DNA from: Gemmatimonadota bacterium
GTDB lineage: Bacteria > Gemmatimonadota > Gemmatimonadetes > Palauibacterales > Palauibacteraceae
Length of the DNA stretch: 64,000 nucleotides
Assembly: GCA_020351855.1 (NCBI GenBank)
Contig: CP070670.1
Coordinates: 1,170,294 to 1,234,293, forward strand
Reading direction: 5' to 3'
Position 1 is the stretch's first letter; every line of letters starts with the position of its first letter. This document shows, piece after piece, positions 44,964 through 54,665 of the stretch. The translations under genes were made by a program, and so were the position numbers. The notes under the pieces are model-generated. The model was not told the DNA's origin. It ran no database searches and saw only the letters and a list, made by a program, of their open reading frames with translations.

Positions 44964-47600
44964 ATGATACCGGCGGACAGGCTGACCGTGCGTGGCGCCG
45001 AGGCTCTTCAAGCTGCGGCCTCCCTGGCGCGGACGAGGGAGAACCCGGCGGTCGAGGACCTCCACCTGCTCGCGGCCCTGCTGAGTCAGGAGGGCGGGGT
45101 CGCGGCACCGATTCTCACGAAGACCGGAGTGGACCTCGCCGGCTTGCGGGGCGACCTCGAGCGGCGTCTCTCCCGGTTGCCCACGCAGTCCGGTGCGGCG
45201 CCGGTGGCGAGCCGCGAGCTGGGCCGAGTGCTGGACGACGCGGACGCGCTCGCCCGCACGATGAACGACCTCTACGTGGCGAGCGAGCACCTGCTGCTGG
45301 CGCTTGCGGGCAAGTCGGCGAGCAGCACCCGGGAGCTTCTGGGTGAGCGGGGCGCCGACCAGGACGCCGTTTCGCGCGCCATCGAGGAGGTTCGCGGCCC
45401 GCACCATGTCACGGACCAAGACCCGGAGGGCAAGTATCAGGCGCTCGAGCGCTATGGTGTCGATCTCACCGACCAGGCGCGCAGCGGCAAACTGGACCCC
45501 GTCATCGGACGGGACACGGAGATTCGTCGCGTGATGCAGGTCCTTTCCCGCCGTACCAAGAACAACCCCGTCCTCATCGGGGACCCCGGCGTGGGCAAGA
45601 CCGCGATCGTCGAAGGGCTCGCCCAGCGGATGGTGGAGGGCGACGTGCCGGAGTCGCTGCGCGACAAGCGGCTGATCCAGCTCGACATCGCGGCCATGCT
45701 GGCCGGTGCGAAGTATCGGGGCGAGTTCGAAGAGCGCCTCAAGGCGGCCCTGAAGGAGATCACCGAGTCTGGCGGGAAGTACGTGCTCTTCCTGGACGAG
45801 CTGCACACGATCGTGGGAGCGGGGGCGGCCGAGGGCGCGGTCGATGCCGGAAACATGCTGAAGCCGGCCCTCGCCCGCGGACAGCTCCGGATGATCGGGG
45901 CGACGACCCTGGACGAGTACCGCCAGCACATCGAGAAGGACCCCGCGTTGGAGCGACGGTTTCAACCGGTCGTCGTAGGCGAGCCGGGCCTCGAGGAGAC
46001 GATCGCGATCCTCCGCGGCCTGAAGGAGCGCTATGAGGTCCACCACGGCGTCCGCATTACGGATCCGGCGCTAGTCGCGGCCGCGCGCCTCTCGGATCGG
46101 TACATCGGCGATCGGTTCCTGCCCGATAAGGCGATCGACCTCATCGATGAGGCTGCGTCACGCCTCCGTATCGAGATCGACTCGATGCCCGAGGAGATCG
46201 ACGGCATCGAGCGACGTGTGACGCAGCTGGAGATCGAGCGTGAGGCCCTGAAGGAGGAGACGGACCCGCGCAGCCGAGAGCGGCTCGGGATCCTCGAAGG
46301 TGAGCTCTCCGAGCAGCGAGAGCGGCTGGCCGGCATGAAGTCGAGGTGGATCACCGAGAAGGAGGCGATCGAGCGGGTCCACAAGGTCAAGCGACAGATC
46401 GATGAAGCCAGCCTGGCGGCCGAGCAAGCCACTCGGGCAGGGGACTTGGCGCGGGCGGCAGAGATCTCGTACGGACAGGTCCCGAAGCTCCGCCAGCAGC
46501 TCGAGGAGGCGGGAGCGAAGCTGCAGGAGCTGCAGGCCGGGGGAAGCTACCTCAAGGAGGAGGTCACGGCCGAGGACGTGGCCGAGGTCGTGTCTTCCTG
46601 GACCGGCATTCCGGTCTCCCGAATGCTGGAGGATGAGAAGAGACGCCTGACCCACCTCGAGGATCATCTGCACCAGCGTGTCGTGGACCAGGAGGAGGCG
46701 ATCGGTGCCGTCGCCAACGCGGTGCGCCGGAGCCGGGCCGGCCTCCAGGATCCGAACCGGCCGATCGGCAGCTTCATCTTCCTGGGCCCAACGGGGGTGG
46801 GGAAGACGGAGACCGCCCGCGCTCTTGCCGAATTCCTGTTCGACGACGAGGACGCGATGGTGCGGATCGACATGTCCGAATACATGGAGCGGCACGCCGT
46901 GTCGCGGCTGATCGGAGCGCCCCCCGGGTACGTGGGCTACGAGCAGGGGGGGCAGCTTACGGAGCAGGTCCGACGGAGGCCCTATAGCGTCGTGCTTTTC
47001 GACGAGATCGAGAAGGCACACCCGGAGGTCTTCAACCTGCTCCTGCAAATCCTGGATGACGGCCGGCTCACGGACGGGCAGGGACGGACCGTGGGCTTCC
47101 GCAACACGGTCCTGATCATGACGAGCAACATCGGGAGCGCGCGGATCCTGCAGCAGACGGCGGCGGGGCGTGGCTGGGAGGCGGTGGAGAGTGAGGTTCG
47201 CGAGGCGATGCACGAGCACTTCAAGCCCGAGTTTCTCAACCGCATCGATGACATCCTCGTGTTCAAGCCCCTGAGCCGGGAGGATCTCGGACAGATCGTG
47301 GACCTGCAGCTCGGCCGGCTCCAGGGCAGCCTCCTGGAGCGCGATGTCCGTCTCGAGGTGACGCCCGAGGCGCGTCGGTTGATCGCCGACGCGGGATACG
47401 ACCCGGCTTTCGGAGCGAGGCCGCTGAAGCGAGCCATCCAGCGGCTGGTCGCGGATCCGCTGGCGATGGCGTTTCTGGAGGGCGTGTTCGAGGATGGCGA
47501 TACGGTGCGCGCCGACGCGCGTCCCGGGGAGGAGGCGCTCACCTTCGAGCGACTGGAGGCCGTGCCGGAGACGGTCGGGGTCGAGACCGGATCCGCTTGA
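44964..47600 (+). CDS. clpB: Chaperone ClpB (AAA+ disaggregase)
   Basis: Two AAA modules ([15 protein letters not shown]; [17 protein letters not shown]), middle coiled-coil domain and Clp N domain. The ATG at 44964 is preferred over the GTG at 44961 given by the ORF track. Confidence 0.95.
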   Translation: MIPADRLTVRGAEALQAAASLARTRENPAVEDLHLLAALLSQEGGVAAPILTKTGVDLAGLRGDLERRLSRLPTQSGAAPVASRELGRVLDDADALARTMNDLYVASEHLLLALAGKSASSTRELLGERGADQDAVSRAIEEVRGPHHVTDQDPEGKYQALERYGVDLTDQARSGKLDPVIGRDTEIRRVMQVLSRRTKNNPVLIGDPGVGKTAIVEGLAQRMVEGDVPESLRDKRLIQLDIAAMLAGAKYRGEFEERLKAALKEITESGGKYVLFLDELHTIVGAGAAEGAVDAGNMLKPALARGQLRMIGATTLDEYRQHIEKDPALERRFQPVVVGEPGLEETIAILRGLKERYEVHHGVRITDPALVAAARLSDRYIGDRFLPDKAIDLIDEAASRLRIEIDSMPEEIDGIERRVTQLEIEREALKEETDPRSRERLGILEGELSEQRERLAGMKSRWITEKEAIERVHKVKRQIDEASLAAEQATRAGDLARAAEISYGQVPKLRQQLEEAGAKLQELQAGGSYLKEEVTAEDVAEVVSSWTGIPVSRMLEDEKRRLTHLEDHLHQRVVDQEEAIGAVANAVRRSRAGLQDPNRPIGSFIFLGPTGVGKTETARALAEFLFDDEDAMVRIDMSEYMERHAVSRLIGAPPGYVGYEQGGQLTEQVRRRPYSVVLFDEIEKAHPEVFNLLLQILDDGRLTDGQGRTVGFRNTVLIMTSNIGSARILQQTAAGRGWEAVESEVREAMHEHFKPEFLNRIDDILVFKPLSREDLGQIVDLQLGRLQGSLLERDVRLEVTPEARRLIADAGYDPAFGARPLKRAIQRLVADPLAMAFLEGVFEDGDTVRADARPGEEALTFERLEAVPETVGVETGSA

Positions 47601-47631
47601 CCGGAGAAGGCGGCCGTCCTATTAGCGGAGG

Positions 47632-48150
47632 ATGAAGCTGCGTATCTGGCCCGAGATCGGCGGAGGGTCGACGGCTGGCCTCTTGTTGGCCATATCGTGC
47701 ACCCTGTCGGCGGCAGGAGGGTGTGCCTCGTCGAAACAGCCGGCCGCCTCGCGACCGCCGGGCGATGAGGGCGGTGCGGGTGGCGCCTCCGCCTACGGGA
47801 GTGCGACGGCGGAGGAGGCGATCCGAGAGTTCCTCGCCGCGGCGCAGGCCCAGGAGTACAGCCGGATGCGCAGGCTCTTCGGTACGAAGGACGGTCCCGC
47901 CGAACGGCGCTGGGGCGTCCAGGAGGTCGAGCAGCGGATGGTCGTGCTCGCCGGCATGCTGCTGCACGAATCGTACACCCTGCGCCCGTTGGAGCTCGGG
48001 TACCTGCGTGACGACCAGCGAGGCTTCGTGGCGACGATCATCGGAACCCGCTACGGCAGCGCCTCCGTCCCGATCACCACCGTCTTTTCCAACGGTCGCT
48101 GGTACGTGGAGCAGCTAGGGGTCGACTCGCTCGTCGGTGAGGGTTCCTGA
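47632..48150 (+). CDS. Hypothetical lipoprotein or secreted protein
   Basis: Signal peptide with Cys-containing lipobox-like segments (LLLAISCTLSAAGGC), then a roughly 130-aa mature domain with no recognised family. RBS GCGGAGG is present. Confidence 0.5.
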   Translation: MKLRIWPEIGGGSTAGLLLAISCTLSAAGGCASSKQPAASRPPGDEGGAGGASAYGSATAEEAIREFLAAAQAQEYSRMRRLFGTKDGPAERRWGVQEVEQRMVVLAGMLLHESYTLRPLELGYLRDDQRGFVATIIGTRYGSASVPITTVFSNGRWYVEQLGVDSLVGEGS

Positions 48151-48858
48151 GGCAAACCGGCCGGGTGGGCTTCCGTACCAGTCGGCGAGGCGCACGGGCT
48201 CGACTCCGAGGGCAAAGGCGGTGCGCAGCCAGCAGTGGAGTGCCACGGTGCGCAGGAAGCCGCCTTCCTCCCAGCGCCGGCGGGACGTTCGGGCGCCGGC
48301 CACGAGGGTCGTGAACGTTCCGACGCGGCGCAGCCTGCGCACGAGCGCCACATCCTCGAAGAGCGGATAGTCCGGGAAGCCTCCCACCTCGTGAAAGCGA
48401 TCGCGACGGACGAAGATGGCCTGGTCGCCCGTCGCGGTTCCGAGGATGCGGGTCCGGAGGTTTACCGCGGCCTCCAGCAAGCGCCACCGGCTTACGGAGG
48501 GGGGCGGCGGGTCGAGCTGGAAGCGGTGGCACCCACCGACGATTTCGGGTCTTGATAGCCGACGGATGATCTCCTGCCCGCTGCTCGCGTCCACCCGCGT
48601 ATCGGCGTGCAGGAAGACGAGGATCGCTCCCCGCGCGCGCTCGGCGCCCCGGTTGAGCTGCGGTCCGCGCCCACCGGACGTGACGAGAACCTCCACACGG
48701 CGTGCCGCGACCCGTGCCGTTCGATCGCTGCTGCCCCCGTCCACCACCACGATCTGGCACGCATCCCCGTACGCGGCGAGGGCGGAGTCGATGGCGCCCT
48801 CGACGAGTTCCTCCTCCTCGAGCGTCGGGATGATGACCGAGAACTCGGGTCGAGCCAC
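48115..48858 (-). CDS. Family 2 glycosyltransferase
   Basis: FSVIIPTLEEEELVEGAIDSALAA...QIVVVDGGSSDRTARVA...ILVFLHADTRVD is the GT2 pattern. GTG start at 48858; the 173 codons upstream in the ORF track are Arg-rich and overlap the epimerase gene, so they are probably not translated. Confidence 0.72.
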   Translation of the reverse strand: MARPEFSVIIPTLEEEELVEGAIDSALAAYGDACQIVVVDGGSSDRTARVAARRVEVLVTSGGRGPQLNRGAERARGAILVFLHADTRVDASSGQEIIRRLSRPEIVGGCHRFQLDPPPPSVSRWRLLEAAVNLRTRILGTATGDQAIFVRRDRFHEVGGFPDYPLFEDVALVRRLRRVGTFTTLVAGARTSRRRWEEGGFLRTVALHCWLRTAFALGVEPVRLADWYGSPPGRFASGTLTDERVDP

Positions 48859-48896
48859 GCGATCGCTATCTCGGAAGCTGTGGACGGCGTTCCGCC

Positions 48897-49298
48897 TCAG
48901 TCGGCGGCTTCGGCGAGCTCGATGAGGACGCCGCCTGCCGTCCGGGGATGAAGGAATGCGACGCGCCGCCCTTCGGCGCCGCTCCGGATGCCAGGGGGCA
49001 CAACGCCGGCGCCTGCTGCCCCCGCCCGCTCCACGGCCGCTTCCAGATCGGGGACTTCCAGGCAAACGTGATGCAGCCCCGGTCCGCGCCGGGACAAGAA
49101 GGCAGCGATCGGCGAGTCCTGCGTCGTCGGCTCCAGGAGCTCGATCCGGCCCGAGCCCGTGCCGAAAAAGGCCACTCGCACTCCCTCGGAAGGAACCTCT
49201 TCCTGCCCGCTCGGGTTCTCTCCCAGCAGTCCGGAGTACAGCGGTACGGCGCTCTCCAGGGAGTTGACCGCGATTCCGAGGTGGTCGATCTTTGGCAC
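48897..49298 (-). CDS. VOC-family protein, methylmalonyl-CoA epimerase/glyoxalase-like
   Basis: KIDHLGIAVNSLESAVPLYSGLLG...GRIELLEP...GPGLHHVCLEVPDLEAAVER is typical of MCE/glyoxalase I. GTG start at 49298 after AAAAAGG. Confidence 0.72.
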   Translation of the reverse strand: MPKIDHLGIAVNSLESAVPLYSGLLGENPSGQEEVPSEGVRVAFFGTGSGRIELLEPTTQDSPIAAFLSRRGPGLHHVCLEVPDLEAAVERAGAAGAGVVPPGIRSGAEGRRVAFLHPRTAGGVLIELAEAAD

Positions 49299-49435
49299 GC
49301 CTTTTTGCTCGGTTGCGCCGACCGGCAGCGGGCTGGTGGAAGCGGTTGTCACCGTCGCCGCCCGTCGTGGCTCTCAACGTGGAAGGAACCTACGTCGGGT
49401 TGCCGCGATTTTCTACCGAGACGAGAACGGGAGAC

Positions 49436-49771
49436 ATGATGACGACAGATACGAAGCTTGTAACCGTGACGGACGAGAACTTCGCCACCGAGATCGGGGC
49501 ACACGAGGGCCTGGCGATCATCGACTTCTGGGCCGCCTGGTGCGGACCCTGCCGCATGGTGGCACCGATCGTGGAGGAGCTGGCCGAAGAGCATGAGGGC
49601 ACCGTCAAGGTCGGAAAGCTGGACGTGGACGAGAACCAAAAGACGGCCATGCAGTTCGCCGTGCGGTCGATTCCGAGCATTCTCTTCTTCAAGGATGGAC
49701 GGCACGTCGACACAGTCGTCGGAGCGGTGCCGAAGGCCGTGCTGGAGAGGAAGATCCAGCAGCACGCCTGA
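49436..49771 (+). CDS. trxA: Thioredoxin
   Basis: Active site WAAWCGPCRMVAP with a ~110-aa thioredoxin fold. ATG start follows GGGAGAC. Confidence 0.9.
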   Translation: MMTTDTKLVTVTDENFATEIGAHEGLAIIDFWAAWCGPCRMVAPIVEELAEEHEGTVKVGKLDVDENQKTAMQFAVRSIPSILFFKDGRHVDTVVGAVPKAVLERKIQQHA

Positions 49772-49890
49772 CGCCGGTGTGCGGAGGGTCGGCGTCGCGG
49801 TGAGCTGCCGGCCCTCGCGGTGACTGGCCTTTCCGGATCGTTCGGCGCCTCCCGATCTCCCCGAGCGGGGCGGGGGGCGTTCTTGTAGCC

Positions 49891-50745
49891 ATGGACAGCG
49901 CTCTGTACGTCGTCGCCACTCCGATCGGCAACCGGGCCGACCTGACCGACCGTGCCCGCCAGGTGTTGCGGGATGCCGAGGTCGTCTATGCGGAGGACAC
50001 GAGGCGTACCGGCCGCCTGCTCGCCTGGCTCGGCTCGCAAGCCCGCATTCGGTCCCTCCACGCGCACAACGAGGCAGCGCGCACGATCGAGATTCTGGAC
50101 CGGCTCGACGGCGCCGGAAGCTGCGCTCTCGTCGCGGATGCGGGCACGCCGCTCGTGTCGGATCCGGGCGCGCGCCTGGTTCGAGCCGTACTCGAGCGCG
50201 GGCATCGCGTCGTTCCCGTCCCGGGTGCCTCTGCCGTGACGACGGCTCTGACCGCTTCGGGTCTTCCCGCCGATCGGTTCGCCTTTCTCGGTTTTCCCCC
50301 GAGGAGGGCTCCTGAAAGGGCCGCGTGGATCGACCTCGCGTGCCGCCTGCCGATGACCATCGTGGCGTTCGAGTCTCCCCGCCGGATCGGCCACCTTCTG
50401 CGGGCGCTGGAGGAGGCGGGACTCGGAGCGCGCCAATGCGTGGTTTGTCGCGAACTGACGAAGCTGCACGAGACGGTTCGCCAGGGCACCGTGTCGAGCC
50501 TGGCACGCGAGTTCGGGGAAGTGGCCCGGGGGGAGATCACGCTCGTCATGGAGGGCGCAGCGGGCGCGGAGGGCTGGGAGGAGCGTCGGGTGGAGATCGA
50601 GCGCGAGGCCGCTCGGATGGGGGAGGAGGGCATGAGCACGCGGGACATAGGAGCGAGGCTTGTTGAACACTTCGGAGTGCCGCGCAACGCGGCGTACGAG
50701 ATCGGTCTGCGCTTTGGGGGTGATCGCGGAGATCGCGGTGCCTGA
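49891..50745 (+). CDS. rsmI: 16S rRNA (cytidine1402-2'-O)-methyltransferase
   Basis: Tetrapyrrole-methylase-fold N-terminus LYVVATPIGNRADLTDRARQVLRDAEVVYAEDTRRTGRLL...VSDPG is diagnostic of RsmI. Confidence 0.88.
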   Translation: MDSALYVVATPIGNRADLTDRARQVLRDAEVVYAEDTRRTGRLLAWLGSQARIRSLHAHNEAARTIEILDRLDGAGSCALVADAGTPLVSDPGARLVRAVLERGHRVVPVPGASAVTTALTASGLPADRFAFLGFPPRRAPERAAWIDLACRLPMTIVAFESPRRIGHLLRALEEAGLGARQCVVCRELTKLHETVRQGTVSSLAREFGEVARGEITLVMEGAAGAEGWEERRVEIEREAARMGEEGMSTRDIGARLVEHFGVPRNAAYEIGLRFGGDRGDRGA

Positions 50746-51016
50746 TGGGCGGAAAGCCCGCCGAGCGGTCTGGACCCGTCCCGGCGGTGAGGACACCGAG
50801 CCGTCGTCCTCCGGCGGTCGTCGATCGATCGAGCGACAGGGAAGCCTGTGAGCGCTCGGCGGGGTATCCTCCCGTTTGCGACGCAACGCTCTTTCGGGAT
50901 GAGCGAGAGGGGGGTCTCGACGTGAGCACAGAACAGGCCGGCGCAGCCGCCGGCCGATTAGCCGTCCGTCCGGGGACGGCCGGCGTCAGCGCCCCGCCGT
51001 TCGGCTGAGCCGGCTC

Positions 51017-51904
51017 TTGCCGCTGCGTCCGATGCCCCCGAACGCGACCTCTCCCCAGGAGCCCGACTCCGGCAGAGGGCCGACAGCGAGCCGCCGGCGC
51101 GCCTACCGAGGCGACGACTACAGCCGGGTGCTGCCCTGGGCGCTCGGCATCTCTCTCGTCGTCCATCTCCTGCTGATCCTCTTCGTGTCCCGCATGCTGG
51201 AGATCAGCGGCCGCAGCTTGCTCGGTCCGGTACCAGTTGCCCTGCCGCTCCCGGAGGGCCTCGAGGTAGTCCGCGTGCCGGCGCTCGAGCCTCGCCCGCC
51301 GCTAAGGGAGCCGGAGCGGCCGGAGATCCGGCCTGGCGAGCAGGAGGTGATCCAGGTCGTGCCCGGCGAGCCGGATGAGGGGGAGGGGGTAGAGGCAGAG
51401 CCTCAGCCGCCCCGCATGACGAACGCCGAGCGACTTCGTGCCCAGTTCGCGGACCCGCGGCTGTGGGTCCCCTACCCGGAGGAGCCGTTCTCGACGCGGG
51501 TCGCGGAGGCGTATGCCCGGGCTGACAGCGCGGTGCGCGCGCTGCTGAGCACCTGGCTCGACAGCCTGAACCTCACCGAGGAGGAGCGGCGCCGCGCGAC
51601 GGAATGGACGTTCGGGGAGGGGGATGAAAAGTGGGGCATCTCCGATAAGGGTCTGCACCTGGGGGACATCACCATTCCGATCCCGTTCGGAGCGCTCTTC
51701 GGCCAGAGCATGTCACCCAACGCCCAGAAGGCTCGCGAGATGGTTCGGCAGTTCAACGAGATACGCCAGCAGGACATCGAGACCGACATTCGCAAGGAGC
51801 GGGAGGAAGCCCTGAAGGAAATGCGCCGACGGACCCAGGAGGAGGTGGAGCGGCGGCGGCGCGACACCGCCGATGCACTGCCCCCGGACACCACCGGCGG
51901 CTGA
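51017..51904 (+). CDS. Hypothetical bitopic membrane protein with a proline-rich linker (TonB/TolA-like architecture, unrelated C-terminal domain)
   Basis: Short cytoplasmic N-terminus, one TM helix (LPWALGISLVVHLLLILFVS), a Pro/Glu-rich spacer, and a roughly 150-aa C-terminal domain with no recognisable family. Confidence 0.45.
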   Translation: MPLRPMPPNATSPQEPDSGRGPTASRRRAYRGDDYSRVLPWALGISLVVHLLLILFVSRMLEISGRSLLGPVPVALPLPEGLEVVRVPALEPRPPLREPERPEIRPGEQEVIQVVPGEPDEGEGVEAEPQPPRMTNAERLRAQFADPRLWVPYPEEPFSTRVAEAYARADSAVRALLSTWLDSLNLTEEERRRATEWTFGEGDEKWGISDKGLHLGDITIPIPFGALFGQSMSPNAQKAREMVRQFNEIRQQDIETDIRKEREEALKEMRRRTQEEVERRRRDTADALPPDTTGG

Positions 51905-51918
51905 GGCGAGCGCGCTGG

Positions 51919-54657
51919 TTGGATTTCCGCATGGCCTCCGTTAAACTCCCCCGAACCGCTGCCGCCGAAGAACCGTTCCGGACGAAGACCACCGTGAGCC
52001 AGACGCTCGACCCAAGATACGACCCGACCGGGATCGAAGCCCCGCTGTACCGACGGTGGGAAGAGGCCGGACTGTTCCACGTGCCGGCTCGGGAGGTGAA
52101 GCGTCCCTACGTGATCTCCATTCCTCCGCCGAACGTGACCGGCGCTCTGCACATGGGACACGGCCTGAACCATACGATCCAGGACGTCCTGATCCGGTGG
52201 CGTCGGATGCAGGGCTACGATGCGGTGTGGGTGCCAGGCACGGACCACGCCGGAATCGCGACGCAGAATGTCGTGGAGCGCGAGCTTCAGGAGGAAGGCC
52301 TGACGCGCTGGGATCTCGGTCGGGAGGCCTTCGTCGAGCGCGTGTGGGACTGGGTGGATCAGTACGGCGGACGGATTCTCGAGCAGCAACGGGCGATCGG
52401 CGACTCCTGCGACTGGGAGCGGACCCGGTTCACGCTGGATGAGGGTCTCTCCCAGGCGGTTCGGGAGGTGTTCGTCCGACTGTACTCCAGAGGTCTGGTC
52501 TATCGAGGCGAGTACATCATCAATTGGTGTCCACGCTGCCGAACCGCCCTCGCCAACGAGGAGGTGGAGCACAGGGAGGAGGCTGGAAAGCTCTATCACG
52601 TCCACTATCCTTCCGCGGATGGAGAGCCCGGTCTGGTGGTCGCCACCACCCGGCCGGAGACGATGCTCGGGGACACCGCGGTCGCGGTTCATCCGGATGA
52701 TCCCCGCCACGCTTCACGCATCGGCCGCGATCTTCTCCTGCCACTGGTGGGCCGCCCTCTGCCCGTGATCGCCGACGACTACGTAGACCTCGAGTTCGGG
52801 ACGGGAGCTCTGAAGGTCACGCCCGCCCACGATCCCAACGACTTCGAGATCGGCGAACGGCACGAGCTTCCGCGCGTCAACATTCTGGAGGCCGACGGGT
52901 CCCTCTCGGCGGAAGCCCCGGAGGCGTACCGTGGCCTCGACCGCTTCGAAGCCCGGGAGCGGATCGTGCGAGATCTGGAGGCCGAAGGTTTCCTGGTGAA
53001 GGTCGAGGATCACCTTCACGCGGTGGGGCACTGCTACCGCTGCGACACGGTCGTGGAGCCCTGGTTGAGCGAGCAGTGGTTCGTGCGCATGAAGCCGCTC
53101 GCGGAGCCCGGTCTGGCGGCATACCGGGAGGGTCGGCTGCGTTTCCATCCAGAGCATTTCGGCCGCAAGTACGAGCACTGGATGGAGAACATTCGGGACT
53201 GGTGCATCAGCCGCCAGCTCTGGTGGGGGCACCGGATCCCCGTCTGGTATTGCGAGGCGTGCGGTTCCGAGATGGTGGCGCGCGAGGAGCCCGCCGAGTG
53301 CTCGAAGTGCGGTGGAGACCTGAGCCAGGATCCCGACGTGCTGGACACCTGGTTCAGCTCTGCGCTGTGGCCGTTCAGCACGGTCGGCTGGCCCGAGGAG
53401 ACCCCCGATCTCGGCGTGCTGTATCCTACCGACACGTTGGTGACGGCCTCCGAGATCATCTTCTTCTGGGTGGCCCGGATGGTGATGATGGGGCTCGAGT
53501 TCATGGGGGAGCTACCCTTCACGGATGTCGTGATCAACGGGACCGTTCGAGACCACCTGGGCCGCAGAATGGCCAAGTCCCTCGGGAACGGCATCGATCC
53601 GCTGGAGGTCGTGCAGCGGTACGGCGCCGACGCGATGCGGTACACGTTGCTGAACGGCGCCGCGATGGGAACCGATCTGCAGCTCAACTACCAGGACCTC
53701 GATGCCGCATTTGCGGTCGGGCGCAACTTCGCCAACAAGATCTGGAACGCGGCGCGCTTCGCGCTCCCCTACCTGAGGGAAGAGGACCTCGTCGCCGATC
53801 CGGAGGCTCTGGATCGGGAGTTGGCCGATCGTTGGATCCTCAGTCGCTTCCGCCGGACCACCTCGGAAATGACGGAGGCGCTTCAGGCCTACCGGCTGCA
53901 CGATGCGGCGGCAGCTGTATACCGGTTCGGCTGGGGCGAGCTGGCCGACTGGTACATCGAGCTCGTCAAGGCTAGGCTGGCCGGAGAGCGGGGCGAGCGG
54001 AGCCGCGACGCGGCCGCCGCGACGCTTGCGCACGTACTCGACGGTTGGATGCGCCTCCTCCACCCCATCATGCCTTTCATATCGGAGGCGATCGCCATCA
54101 GGCTCCCGGGTCGAGGGGAGACCGACACGATCGTTCGGGGGCCGTGGCCGCAGCCGCCGGCATCGTGGGATGATCCTGCCGCCGAGCAGGCCTTCGCCGC
54201 CCTGCAGGAACTGGTCGGACAGGTTCGGAACCTCCGATCCGAGTATGGGATCGACCCGGGTCGTGAGGTGAAGGTCTTCGTGCGCGAGGTTCCGCCGCCG
54301 CTCGCGGAAGCGCTGCGTGCCGAAGAGCAGGGAGCCTCGAGGCTGGCGCGGGCCGCGTTCGAGGAAGCCGATGGGCTCCCCGCGGAGCCGGGCGCGCACG
54401 CCGTACTGCAGTCCGGGGGCGAGTTGTTTCTCCCTCTCGCCGACCTCTTGGACCTGGATCGCGAGCTCGCGAGACTGGCGAAAGAGCTGGACCGCCTGGA
54501 TGGAATCCTCGCCGGCACGCGGGCCCGATTAGACAGTCCCGCCTTTCTCGACAAGGCTCCGGCAGAAGTCGTGGAGCGCGAGCGCGAAAAGGCGAGATCG
54601 CTCGAAGAGAGACGCGAGCGCCTCATCGAGAAGAGACGGGCCCTGGGAGAGGGCTAA
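51919..54657 (+). CDS. valS: Valyl-tRNA synthetase
   Basis: HIGH-region PPPNVTGALHMGHG, KMSKS variant KMAKSLGN, and a C-terminal coiled-coil. The true start may be the ATG at 51931. Confidence 0.95.
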   Translation: MDFRMASVKLPRTAAAEEPFRTKTTVSQTLDPRYDPTGIEAPLYRRWEEAGLFHVPAREVKRPYVISIPPPNVTGALHMGHGLNHTIQDVLIRWRRMQGYDAVWVPGTDHAGIATQNVVERELQEEGLTRWDLGREAFVERVWDWVDQYGGRILEQQRAIGDSCDWERTRFTLDEGLSQAVREVFVRLYSRGLVYRGEYIINWCPRCRTALANEEVEHREEAGKLYHVHYPSADGEPGLVVATTRPETMLGDTAVAVHPDDPRHASRIGRDLLLPLVGRPLPVIADDYVDLEFGTGALKVTPAHDPNDFEIGERHELPRVNILEADGSLSAEAPEAYRGLDRFEARERIVRDLEAEGFLVKVEDHLHAVGHCYRCDTVVEPWLSEQWFVRMKPLAEPGLAAYREGRLRFHPEHFGRKYEHWMENIRDWCISRQLWWGHRIPVWYCEACGSEMVAREEPAECSKCGGDLSQDPDVLDTWFSSALWPFSTVGWPEETPDLGVLYPTDTLVTASEIIFFWVARMVMMGLEFMGELPFTDVVINGTVRDHLGRRMAKSLGNGIDPLEVVQRYGADAMRYTLLNGAAMGTDLQLNYQDLDAAFAVGRNFANKIWNAARFALPYLREEDLVADPEALDRELADRWILSRFRRTTSEMTEALQAYRLHDAAAAVYRFGWGELADWYIELVKARLAGERGERSRDAAAATLAHVLDGWMRLLHPIMPFISEAIAIRLPGRGETDTIVRGPWPQPPASWDDPAAEQAFAALQELVGQVRNLRSEYGIDPGREVKVFVREVPPPLAEALRAEEQGASRLARAAFEEADGLPAEPGAHAVLQSGGELFLPLADLLDLDRELARLAKELDRLDGILAGTRARLDSPAFLDKAPAEVVEREREKARSLEERRERLIEKRRALGEG

Positions 54658-54665
54658 CCGATCCT

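Noticed and set aside
50745-51008. ORF-track CDS (87 aa) filling the 270-nt rsmI-downstream gap.
   Set aside because: Arg/Pro/Gly-rich, no RBS, and overlaps GC palindromes. Treated as noncoding.
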